From Blastocatellia bacterium (GTDB lineage: Bacteria > Acidobacteriota > Blastocatellia > UBA7656): 64,000 nucleotides of DNA. Below the pieces are notes generated by a model. It searched no databases. It was not told the origin of the DNA and saw nothing but the letters and a program-made list of their open reading frames with translations. This document shows positions 10,576-19,241 of this stretch, piece after piece. Each line of letters starts with the position of its first letter. The stretch's first letter is position 1. The position numbers and the translations under genes were made by a program. Location: the NCBI GenBank assembly GCA_963765495.1, contig CAVXWP010000007.1, positions 160,001 through 224,000 on the forward strand, in the 5' to 3' direction.

Positions 10576-13241
10576 TCGTGCCTCAAGGCCACCAGTGGAT
10601 CAACCCGCATCGCGCGGCGCGCGGGCAGATAGCAGGCCAGCAACGCTGTGCCCGTCAGCAAAAGCGTAATGGCTGCGAAGGTAATCGGGTCGCTTGCGCT
10701 GACACCAAACAACAGCCCTTTCAGCATCCGCGTCACAACCAGTGACGCCGCCAACCCGCCGGCCACGCCTATCAAGACCAGCCGCATGCCGTAACCGAGG
10801 ACCAGCTTGAGAACATCTCCTGTCTGCGCGCCAAGCGCCAGGCGAATGCCGAGTTCGTGCGTGCGCTCTGTGACTGACCAGGCGAGCACGCCGTAAATGC
10901 CCGTTGTGGCCAGCAACAGCGCAAGCCCCGCAAACATCCCGGTCAACCACACCGACAACCGGCGGCGGGCAAGCACCGCCGAAAGCGCCTCTTCCATCGT
11001 CCGCATCTGGTGGATGGGTTGCTCGCTGTCGGTTGCAAATACCGCCTGCCGCACGGCGGCGGCAAGCCCCGCCGGATCGCCTGCGCTGCGAATCATCAAC
11101 ATCTGCTGGTTGCTGAATCCGGGTGCATAAATTTCCGGCTCGACCTGAGTGTCAAGACCGAGGTCTTTGACATCAGCGACGACGCCGATAACGGGAACCG
11201 CGATCGGGTTAGGGAACATCACGCCCATCAGGATATTTTTGCCGACCGGGTCTTCGTTCGGGAAATAGCGGCGGGCCATGGTCTCGTTGATGATAAAGAA
11301 GTTGCGGTTGTTGGCGATGTCGTCGGTCGTGAATACGCGCCCGCCTTTCACGGCTATCCCCATCACCTGGAAATAGTCCTGACTGACGTTACGAATTTGC
11401 GCGACCGGGAAATGGCCCGGCGCAGAAGGCGGCGCGCCTTCCACCGCGAACCGCGTTTTGGCATTGAAGGGAGTCAGCGGAAAATAGTCAATCGTGGCTA
11501 CCCCTTGCACGCCGGGCAGCGCCGCTATGCGCGGTAACAGGTCCCGGTCGAAATTGTTTACCTGCTGAAACTGCTGATATTTCACGGCGGGCAGTGTCAG
11601 TTGCGCGGTCAGTAGATGTTCGGCGCGAAACCCCGGCTCCACCTGTAAGAGGTTTTGAAAGCTCCTGAGCAACAGGCCCGCGCCGACAAGCGCAACCATC
11701 GTGAATGCGACCTCTGCAATCACCAGAAGACGGCTGGTCCGCTGGCGGCCTTTCCCGGCGGAAGATTTCCCGCCATCTTTGAGCGTTTGATTGAGATTGA
11801 GCCGCGAGAGTTGAAAGGCCGGGATCAGCCCAAACAACACGCCGGTCAGCATTGTCACAAACAGAGTGAAGCCCAGCAGTCTCAGATCAAGCCCGACCTC
11901 GTTTAGCGCCGGAAGCTGTTCGCTTGCCATGTGCGGCAGGATGACGCGCAACAACGGCAGGCTCCAGACGGCCAGCAACAGCCCGCCCAGCCCGCCCAGC
12001 AAAGCCAGCATCAGGCTTTCCGTCAGGAACTGCCGGAACAAACGCCCGCGCCCTGCGCCCAGTGCCGCGCGCATTGCCACCTCCCTTTGCCGGTGCGCCG
12101 CGCGTGCCAACAGCAGGTTGGAAACATTTACGCAGGTGATGAGCAGCACGAGCCCAACAGTGCCAAATAGCGCCAGCAGAGCGGGTTTTAACTCGCCGGT
12201 CATTTGCTCGTGCAAAGAGGTGAGCGTGACGCCGATAGTCTTGTTGGTATCCGGGTAGGATTGTTGGAGCCGTCCGGCGATGGATTCCAACTCCGCTCGC
12301 GCCTGGTCGAGTGTGACGCCGGGTTTGAGCCGTCCAACCACTTCAAGCGGATGGCGCACCCGATTTGTCAAATAATCGGTCCCCAGTTGCGAGAGCGGCA
12401 ACCAGACATTCGCATCAAACGGGAACTGCGCGCCCTGCGGCAGTACGCCGACTACGATGTGTGGTTCGCCGTTCAGCCGTATAGTCTTTCCCACGATTCC
12501 CGGGTCTGCGGCAAAGCGGCGCTGCCACAGCCCGTAACTCACCAGCGCAACGCGATCACGTCCTGCCCGATTCTCCTCCGGCAGGAAATTGCGGCCCAGC
12601 GCCGGCTCGATACCGAGCAGCGGCAGGAGGTTTGGCGTGATACAGGTGCCCTGTAATTGCTCCGGCTCGCCGACATCGGTGAGCACATAATTGCCCAGAG
12701 CCTTGAATGAATAAGCCGCCAACCCTGAGAAACTCACTGCCTGTTGTTGCCAATCCTCGAAATCGGGCGTCGCCACCTGGAGCCGTGGCACTTCCGGGTG
12801 CGTCTCGGTTATCGCCACCAGCCGCCCGGGTTCGGCAAACGGCAGCGGACGTAACAGGACGGCATTGATAACGCTGAAGATGGCCGTATTTGCGCCTATG
12901 CCGAGCGCGAGCGTGATGATTGCTATCAATGTGAAACCGGGCGTCTTGAGTAACATTCGCACGCCGTAACGTATGTCTTGAATCATCTCGTCCTCCCAAC
13001 GATAAGTTTGCAACCAGAGCGCATCGCGGAGCGCGCCAAAGGAACGCCTGAGCAGATCGAGTTTCGTAAGCCACCCGAGACGATCCCACTCCGAAAGCAA
13101 CAGTTCGCGATAACGCAACTCGGCCTGCCATTCTTCGCGCCAGTCTCGGCGAACCCTGCCGGGCACGATCACGCCTATGAGCGCGATCAGCCAGTAGCAG
13201 GGATTGGAGCGCCTGGCTTTGAGGCGGTGGAAAAACGCCAT
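10572..13241 (-). CDS. ADOP-family duplicated permease, first after PadR
   Basis: ADOP motifs; start moved to ATG 13241, 4 nt after the PadR stop. Confidence 0.92.
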   Translation of the reverse strand: MAFFHRLKARRSNPCYWLIALIGVIVPGRVRRDWREEWQAELRYRELLLSEWDRLGWLTKLDLLRRSFGALRDALWLQTYRWEDEMIQDIRYGVRMLLKTPGFTLIAIITLALGIGANTAIFSVINAVLLRPLPFAEPGRLVAITETHPEVPRLQVATPDFEDWQQQAVSFSGLAAYSFKALGNYVLTDVGEPEQLQGTCITPNLLPLLGIEPALGRNFLPEENRAGRDRVALVSYGLWQRRFAADPGIVGKTIRLNGEPHIVVGVLPQGAQFPFDANVWLPLSQLGTDYLTNRVRHPLEVVGRLKPGVTLDQARAELESIAGRLQQSYPDTNKTIGVTLTSLHEQMTGELKPALLALFGTVGLVLLITCVNVSNLLLARAAHRQREVAMRAALGAGRGRLFRQFLTESLMLALLGGLGGLLLAVWSLPLLRVILPHMASEQLPALNEVGLDLRLLGFTLFVTMLTGVLFGLIPAFQLSRLNLNQTLKDGGKSSAGKGRQRTSRLLVIAEVAFTMVALVGAGLLLRSFQNLLQVEPGFRAEHLLTAQLTLPAVKYQQFQQVNNFDRDLLPRIAALPGVQGVATIDYFPLTPFNAKTRFAVEGAPPSAPGHFPVAQIRNVSQDYFQVMGIAVKGGRVFTTDDIANNRNFFIINETMARRYFPNEDPVGKNILMGVMFPNPIAVPVIGVVADVKDLGLDTQVEPEIYAPGFSNQQMLMIRSAGDPAGLAAAVRQAVFATDSEQPIHQMRTMEEALSAVLARRRLSVWLTGMFAGLALLLATTGIYGVLAWSVTERTHELGIRLALGAQTGDVLKLVLGYGMRLVLIGVAGGLAASLVVTRMLKGLLFGVSASDPITFAAITLLLTGTALLACYLPARRAMRVDPLVALRHE

Positions 13242-13245
13242 GGTT

Positions 13246-13572
13246 TCAGCCTTGCTCTTCAATAGTCTTTCCGACCTTTGCAGGCCCGGTCTGTTCAAGC
13301 ATCTTGTATCGCTTCGCCGCCTCTATCAGCGCATCCTCTCCGCTGCGGGTGAGTTGATAGTATTTTCGTGGGGGTCGCAATTCCTGCTGCGCGATTGTCG
13401 ACTTTTCCCATTTCGAGGTTACAAACCCCGCTTCCTCCAGACGACGCAGCGCCGGATAGATCGTGCCGCTCGGCAAACCCGTTATGTCCATTATGTCGAA
13501 ACCATACCGATAGCCGTTTGCCAGAGCCTGCAATATCACCGTAGCCGAAAATGATAAATATCCTTTCCCCAT
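13246..13572 (-). CDS. PadR-family transcriptional regulator
   Basis: [38 protein letters not shown]; GAGGAG Shine-Dalgarno before ATG 13572. Confidence 0.93.
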   Translation of the reverse strand: MGKGYLSFSATVILQALANGYRYGFDIMDITGLPSGTIYPALRRLEEAGFVTSKWEKSTIAQQELRPPRKYYQLTRSGEDALIEAAKRYKMLEQTGPAKVGKTIEEQG

Positions 13573-13592
13573 ATGTCTCCTCACTAAATCGT

Positions 13593-13637
13593 ATGTCGTT
13601 TGCTATTTATATAGTTTGCTACATAGGTAAATGTCAA
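13593..13637 (-). promoter_or_regulatory. Sigma70-like promoter of the padR-ADOP operon overlapped by two tandem PadR-type boxes
   Basis: Minus strand TTGACA-N18-TATATA. Tandem 16-mers ATGT-agcaaact-ATAT and AAAT-agcaaacg-ACAT resemble ATGT-N8-ACAT PadR operators. Confidence 0.7.
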
Positions 13638-13722
13638 GCACTTTTTGGCCGGCTTGAGGCGAAAAATTTCCCGCGCGAATTTTGCCCGCACAGGAATGGA
13701 GAACTGAGTTAAGATTTCAATC

Positions 13723-14871
13723 ATGAGTTTTACGCCCGCAGAGCGATTCAGAAACATCAGAAAGAGTGCGATCCGCAGGCTCTATGAGCGCGCGCCTCAA
13801 GGCTCTATAAATATGGGGCTGGGCGAGCCTGGTTTTCAGACCCCCGAAGCGGTGCGCCGCGCGGCCACACGCGCCATAGAAGAGGGCGGGAACGGATATA
13901 CCTCAAACGCCGGGCTTGTGGCGCTTCGCCGTCGGATAGCCGATTATCACAATCGGGACGCTCGCGCCGTTCTTACCCCCGATTCGATCTGTGTGACCAA
14001 CGGGTCGGCCGAGGCGTTGTTTGCGATAGTTATGGCTATGGCAGGGCCTGGGGATGAAGTGCTGATGCCAGACCCTGGCTATCTCGCCTATCCTGTGCTG
14101 ACCGAGATTGCCGGCGCGCGCGCGGTTCGTTACTCGCTTCCGGCGGCGCGTGGCTTTGCGTTTGACCGGGATAGTTTTCAGACCGGGGTTTCGCAGGCGA
14201 CACGGCTTGTCTTTGTGCTGTCGCCGTCGAATCCCACGGGCCGCGTGATCGAGCGCGAAGACCTGCGCTTTATAGCGGAGTGTCTTGCGGGGACTGACGC
14301 CTATGTGGTTTCCGACGAGATATACCGCGAGCTTTATTTCGGTGAGCGGCCCTCTTCGATAGCCGAGTTTTTTGACAGGACCATAATCATATCGGGTCTG
14401 TCAAAGATGATGAGCATGACGGGCTGGCGACTGGGCTGGGCCGCCGGTCCCACGGATGTGATCTCGCAGGTGACGGTGATGCATCAATACGTCTCTACGT
14501 GCGCGTCGGCCATCTCGCAGAAAGCCGCGCTCGCCGCATTCAGCGAAGAAGGGCGCGAGGCAACCGCGCAGATGAGAGAGGAGCTTCGCAGCCGCCGCGA
14601 TGTAATAGAGCGAACCATCGAGCGTGAGTTGAAGTTGCCTTTCGTCGGCGGGGAAGGCGCTTTCTATATTATGCTGGATGTGTCGAAATTTGGCTGTTCC
14701 GAAGCAGTAGCCGAGGCGTTACTTGATGAGCGGGTAATCACCGTGCCCGGTTCGGCATTCGGCTCAGAGAGTGAGGGCTACTTGCGGCTCTCTTTTTCAA
14801 TCGAACCGGAGCGGATAAAAGAAGGGATACGCCGCATTGCGAGAGGGCTCCGCGTGATGCGTGATGCATAG
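13723..14871 (+). CDS. PLP-dependent aminotransferase, class I/II
   Basis: GEPGF, SPSNPTG, SDEIY, SGLSKMMSMTGWRLGW (PLP lysine), GYLRLSF. Confidence 0.93.
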   Translation: MSFTPAERFRNIRKSAIRRLYERAPQGSINMGLGEPGFQTPEAVRRAATRAIEEGGNGYTSNAGLVALRRRIADYHNRDARAVLTPDSICVTNGSAEALFAIVMAMAGPGDEVLMPDPGYLAYPVLTEIAGARAVRYSLPAARGFAFDRDSFQTGVSQATRLVFVLSPSNPTGRVIEREDLRFIAECLAGTDAYVVSDEIYRELYFGERPSSIAEFFDRTIIISGLSKMMSMTGWRLGWAAGPTDVISQVTVMHQYVSTCASAISQKAALAAFSEEGREATAQMREELRSRRDVIERTIERELKLPFVGGEGAFYIMLDVSKFGCSEAVAEALLDERVITVPGSAFGSESEGYLRLSFSIEPERIKEGIRRIARGLRVMRDA

Positions 14872-14887
14872 GAAGCACCGGGTTTTT

Positions 14888-14940
14888 GACAGGATTAACG
14901 GGATTTCCGTAGATGGTTGGGAAATCCCGTTAATCCTGTC
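14888..14940. repeat. Perfect 21-bp inverted repeat (GACAGGATT nonamer family) between convergent genes; likely bidirectional terminator
   Basis: GACAGGATTAACGGGATTTCC-N11-GGAAATCCCGTTAATCCTGTC. Confidence 0.85.
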
Positions 14941-14950
14941 TAAAGCCTTC

Positions 14951-17941
14951 TTAGAAGGTGAACTTTGCCGAAAGCTGAACCTGGCGCGGGTCGCCTACGC
15001 CCTGTCTCAGGAACCCGTCGAAGTTGAACAGCCCGGGCGTGGTCAGCGGGTTGATGTTGTTCTTGTTGTTAAAGGTATTGAACATTTCGAATGTCGGGGT
15101 CAAAGCGAAACGTTCGCCGAACCTGAACGGACGCATCACCCGCCAATCGAATGAGAAGAACTTGTTGTCTTTGCGTATGCTGTTGCGGCCAAGATCAACA
15201 CCGTTTACTACGCGAGGGTTCGGTGTGATCGGCTGCGCCGATCTTGCCTGAATCCGCACGTTTGCCGAAAAGCCTCCCGGCAGTTCCATATAAGTATAGA
15301 AGTTGAACTTGTGACGGATGTCTCTGTCAGACAGCGAATAGTCTTTTGAGAAATCCGTGTGATCGAAGATGCGGTCTGTGAACGGATCGCGCTCATTCGA
15401 ATCGTCGTCGAGGTCTTTCGACAACACGTAGTTGCCTTCAAGCTGGAACCCGTCGCTGAAACGTTTTCGCACGCCTATAGTGAATCCGCGATAGAGCGAT
15501 TTGGCCGAGCTTTGCGTGACAAACACATCGCCAAGCGAGGGGAACATCACCGGGTTGACGTTTATGTTTATAAAACGCGTAAGGTGAACACCCTTCGACC
15601 AGGTGAAATCCGCGTACACCGCGAGATTTGGATAAAGCTCCTGTTCGTAGCCGATGTTGCCTGTATAGATGCGCGGGTTGGCGTAGTCTTTGCTGAATAC
15701 GCGGACGCCCGCTCCGGGCGGTATCACGCCGGGCGCTGACGGTGGCGGTATAGTCCCCGGGAAGGTCGGCGGCAAGGGGGTGAATCCAAGGGCGAAGAGT
15801 TGCGTATTTGTGAAGAGGCTGAACTGCTGGACGCCGTTATCGGTGATCGAACCGACCTGCGTCAGCATGTTCTGGCGGGCGTTATAGATTCCCGCGCTCG
15901 CTCTCAGCACCGATTTCTGATTGTTGAACAGATCCCAGGCAAATCCGAGGCGGGGCTGAAACATCTTCTTTTGACTCGGCAGCGTGCCGTCGGAAGGGAA
16001 GCGGGGATCGCTCAGCAACGGCCCGTACGCGGTCATCGACGGGTCTATTGTGGGATCGGGGAATATCTGCGCTTCCCATCGCAGCCCGTAGCTCAGCGTG
16101 AAATTCGGAGCGATCTGCCACTTGTCCTGAATAAACAGGGCATACTCTTCGTTATCGATTTTCGATGCGCCTGGAGGAATATCCGATAACCCTGTGGGGA
16201 TTCCGCCCTGTAGATAAAAGATCAGCGGGCCGACGGGCAGGTTGCCTCCCGGGCAGCTTGCCGGAAGCGTGACATAGCTGCCGTCAGGGCATTCGGCAGC
16301 GCGCGGGCCAAAGCCGCCGGGCGCTGCCGGCGAGGCGTAGCGAAGGAAGCCCGATACGCTGTCGAAAAGATACCGTCCCTCAAAGAATCCTCGGAAGACC
16401 TGATCGTTGAGGCTGTGTATCCACTCGCCGCCCGCCTTGACCGTGTGCGTTCCCTTGATTATCGAGAAGTTGTCTTTGATCTGCGTGCGCCAGAAAATCT
16501 CGTCAACAGTCGGAGCCAGGAAGAACGGATTGCCAAACCGGAAGGTGTCGACAAATCCCATGGCCACATCGGCGGGCACGTTTGAATCCACTGCCGAGCG
16601 CGGGCGGTTCTCGCGCGAATAGGTGAAGTGAGCTTCGTTCAACTTTGTAGGCGAGATCGTGCTGAAGAGATTCAGATTGAATACGTGTATCTTTGACGGG
16701 CCTTCGATGCCGTTTGCGGAATTGCCGTAGGTGGCAACGTCAAAGGTCTGATTCTCGTTTCTGGAACGATCGAAGCTGTATGAGAGTCCCAGTTTATTTG
16801 CCGCCGAGAGATTCCAGTCAAGCTTGGCCAGAGTCGCCGTATTCCTTACGGGGTGCTTGACGGGCAAGCCCTCTTCCTGATTCAGGCTTGACTTGAAGAA
16901 ATCGACAAGCGCGAGCCTCTGACAATCCGCGTTGCCGTTTATCAGCGCCTCGTTTCCCCTGACTGTAGGGTTTGAGACGGGGCAGGGCGTCGAGCCTCGT
17001 TGAACGCTCAGGTTTGGTCGCGAGAGATTTTCGATGATTTGCTCGAAGGCCCCGAAGAAAAATACCTTGTCTTTGATGATTGGGCCGCCGATCGTTCCGC
17101 CGAATTGCTCTCGATGAAAATCTTTGAGCGGCTGTCCGTCTGAGGTATTGGCCGCAAGCGCTTCGAGTCTTTGATAATGGAACAGACTGCCGTGAAGGTC
17201 ATTGGTACCGGATTTGGTAATGACGTTGACGACGCCGCTTGCGGTGCGCCCAAACTCGGCGCTCGCCCCTGTAGCCACTACCTGAAACTCTTTGACCGCC
17301 TCCAGCGTGATGTCGATCGCGGCTCGCTGGCCGCCCACCTGTTCGCCGAAGAAACCGTTGTTGTAATCGCCGCCGTCGAGGCTGATGTTGTTAAAGATGC
17401 CGCGCTGACCCGAGAAGGTTATCTCGTCGCCGTCAGGCCCCTGTACCACGCTCACGCCGGGGGTCAATGTCAACAGGTCTTCAAATTTTCTTCCGAGAAT
17501 AGGTGTCGTGCTTATAGACAGTTCGTTGAGAGTGCTGCTTGATTCGGTCTTAACCGTATCAATGGTCGGGGCAGCCGCGATTGTTATGCGCTCTTCAAGC
17601 TGAGAGACTTTCATGTTTAAGGTCAGGGATATGGTCTGGCCTACTGTGAGAGTCAGGTTTTCCTGAACCAGAGTGGCAAATCCCTGCTTTGCGACGGTAA
17701 GCGTGTAGCGACCGGAAGGCAATTGAAGAAAGACAAACCGGCCGTCTGTATTTGTGTTCAAAGTTCTTTCGAAATTCGTATCGAGATTCTTTACCTCGAT
17801 GAGGGCATCGGCGACAACGGCATTCGACTCATCCACCACCACGCCCTGAATAACGCCTGTGGTGATCTGAGTTTGAGCTTTCGCTACGAACGCCAACGCC
17901 ATTATGCCAAGTAAACAAAATGCAACCAGCCTCATCTTCAT
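14951..17941 (-). CDS. TonB-dependent receptor, Oar-like, with N-terminal carboxypeptidase-regulatory-like domain
   Basis: 996 aa; signal peptide; plug motif EFQVV..SAEFGRTASGVVNVITKSGTN; C-terminal PRQVQLSAKFTF. Confidence 0.92.
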   Translation of the reverse strand: MKMRLVAFCLLGIMALAFVAKAQTQITTGVIQGVVVDESNAVVADALIEVKNLDTNFERTLNTNTDGRFVFLQLPSGRYTLTVAKQGFATLVQENLTLTVGQTISLTLNMKVSQLEERITIAAAPTIDTVKTESSSTLNELSISTTPILGRKFEDLLTLTPGVSVVQGPDGDEITFSGQRGIFNNISLDGGDYNNGFFGEQVGGQRAAIDITLEAVKEFQVVATGASAEFGRTASGVVNVITKSGTNDLHGSLFHYQRLEALAANTSDGQPLKDFHREQFGGTIGGPIIKDKVFFFGAFEQIIENLSRPNLSVQRGSTPCPVSNPTVRGNEALINGNADCQRLALVDFFKSSLNQEEGLPVKHPVRNTATLAKLDWNLSAANKLGLSYSFDRSRNENQTFDVATYGNSANGIEGPSKIHVFNLNLFSTISPTKLNEAHFTYSRENRPRSAVDSNVPADVAMGFVDTFRFGNPFFLAPTVDEIFWRTQIKDNFSIIKGTHTVKAGGEWIHSLNDQVFRGFFEGRYLFDSVSGFLRYASPAAPGGFGPRAAECPDGSYVTLPASCPGGNLPVGPLIFYLQGGIPTGLSDIPPGASKIDNEEYALFIQDKWQIAPNFTLSYGLRWEAQIFPDPTIDPSMTAYGPLLSDPRFPSDGTLPSQKKMFQPRLGFAWDLFNNQKSVLRASAGIYNARQNMLTQVGSITDNGVQQFSLFTNTQLFALGFTPLPPTFPGTIPPPSAPGVIPPGAGVRVFSKDYANPRIYTGNIGYEQELYPNLAVYADFTWSKGVHLTRFININVNPVMFPSLGDVFVTQSSAKSLYRGFTIGVRKRFSDGFQLEGNYVLSKDLDDDSNERDPFTDRIFDHTDFSKDYSLSDRDIRHKFNFYTYMELPGGFSANVRIQARSAQPITPNPRVVNGVDLGRNSIRKDNKFFSFDWRVMRPFRFGERFALTPTFEMFNTFNNKNNINPLTTPGLFNFDGFLRQGVGDPRQVQLSAKFTF

Positions 17942-18031
17942 TACTTTTCCCTCCGGCTGAAATTAACGGTGTCCTAACCTAAGTGGCTGGACGAATCTAT
18001 AGAATAACCGGGGTCATAAAGTCAACAGAAA

Positions 18032-18254
18032 ATGGGGGTCAGGGGCCGGGGACCGGGGGCCGGGGATGGTTATTAATCGCACTTGTCTTTCTCATCCGAG
18101 GTTTCTGATTGGGATAAGCGCAATGGATATGAACAGACGCGGATGCGACGGAAAAATGCGAAACAAATTTGCGCTGATCGGGTATTTGCCGGCCCCGGTC
18201 CCTGGCCCCTGACAACCGATCACCGGCCCCCGGCCCCCGGCCCCCGGCCCCCAT
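18032..18254. repeat. Inverted heptamer-array element (GGGGCCG/GGGGTCA)n...(CGGCCCC)n
   Basis: Arms at about 18032-18065 and 18189-18254; related to 25711..25845; overlaps the HAD 3' end. Confidence 0.85.
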
Positions 18255-18909
18255 CTAAGAGGTGTTCGCGGATGAATTCGGCTACGCCGTCTCCGCTAGG
18301 CAAGGTGGTTACGAAATCGGCATCCTTTTTGATTGAATCAAGTGCGTTGGCTACGGCCACGGCAAAACCGGAGGCTTGCAGGAATGCGTGGTCATTTTCG
18401 GCATCGCCCACGGCTATCAATTCGCGGGGCTGAACGCCTGCTTTTTTTAGCCCCGCTTCAAGCCCTGTGGCTTTGTTGACGCCCGTAGGCAAAACCATGA
18501 CATCCTGTTTGTTAAAGATGATTTCCAGTTCCAATCCGAGCGTTGAGATGGCCGAAAGCACTTCGTGTTCGTGGGGTCTGACGGTCCCGATTATGATGCG
18601 ACCGGCTGAGAATGGAACTCTTCGACGTTCAAGTTCCCGAATAAACTCAGGCGGCGGCGGTACGGCAAGGTCTTCGATTTCATCCGTTGCGGGGCAGTAG
18701 AGCACCGCTCCGTTTTCAGCTACTACCATGTCGAAGAGCGGGATTTGAGGGCAAGCCTCTAAAAGATTTTCAAACTCGCGGCCCGTAACAAGCCCCAGCA
18801 AATATCCCGCTTTTTTTGCCTCGGCCAGCGCCTCTGCGGCGGCGGGAACAACTACGCCGAGGTTGGCCAGTGTGCGATCATAGTCGCAGGCCAGCATCTT
18901 GTATTGCAA
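18220..18909 (-). CDS. HAD-IIB (Cof-like) hydrolase
   Basis: DYDRT motif I, VTGR, AENGA, NKATG, GDAEND; the GGRGPGAGGR tail derives from the repeat. Confidence 0.9.
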   Translation of the reverse strand: MQYKMLACDYDRTLANLGVVVPAAAEALAEAKKAGYLLGLVTGREFENLLEACPQIPLFDMVVAENGAVLYCPATDEIEDLAVPPPPEFIRELERRRVPFSAGRIIIGTVRPHEHEVLSAISTLGLELEIIFNKQDVMVLPTGVNKATGLEAGLKKAGVQPRELIAVGDAENDHAFLQASGFAVAVANALDSIKKDADFVTTLPSGDGVAEFIREHLLDGGRGPGAGGR

Positions 18910-19082
18910 ATCAAGTCTCCTTTCGTCTGATTATTTTAGCATTCAATTCTGTTAGCTCGGCGCTTGCAGTGTCAACCGGTCGGGGCAGAGGCCGCCGGGA
19001 CCGGACGAGCAAAATAAGGCATCTTCGTTGTAGAATGTACCCGCAATTTCGGAACATATCTGTTCGGAGAGAGGATGAATTT

Positions 19083-19149
19083 GCCACAGAGCCGCGAAGA
19101 GGCAGAGATTTTTTACAATCTTTTCTCTGTGCCTCTGTGCCTCTGTGGC
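19083..19149. repeat. Inverted nonamer-type element GCCACAGAG...CTCTGTGCCTCTGTGGC
   Basis: Related copies at 43731 and 58358. Confidence 0.82.
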
Positions 19150-19241
19150 TGCTGCTGAACTCTTACATCAAAGCCTCACTCTTTAGCGATGAGCTACAAT
19201 CTGAGACAATACCCCGGTTGCCGAAAGTCGGCACAGGTTGA

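Noticed and set aside
2270-13241. CRISPR array or integron cassette array
   Set aside because: The repeats are coding, more than 100 bp long and about 2.7 kb apart; no cas genes, integrase or attC-like sites were seen.
2619-13554. Numerous plus-strand ORFs antisense to the ADOP genes, some with similar ends
   Set aside because: Shadow frames of GC-rich genes; their shared ends simply mirror the leader repeat.
18039-18433. Small ORFs with GAGGRGPG/RPPAPGP repeats (also 25606-26068)
   Set aside because: These are translations of the heptamer arrays, not credible proteins.
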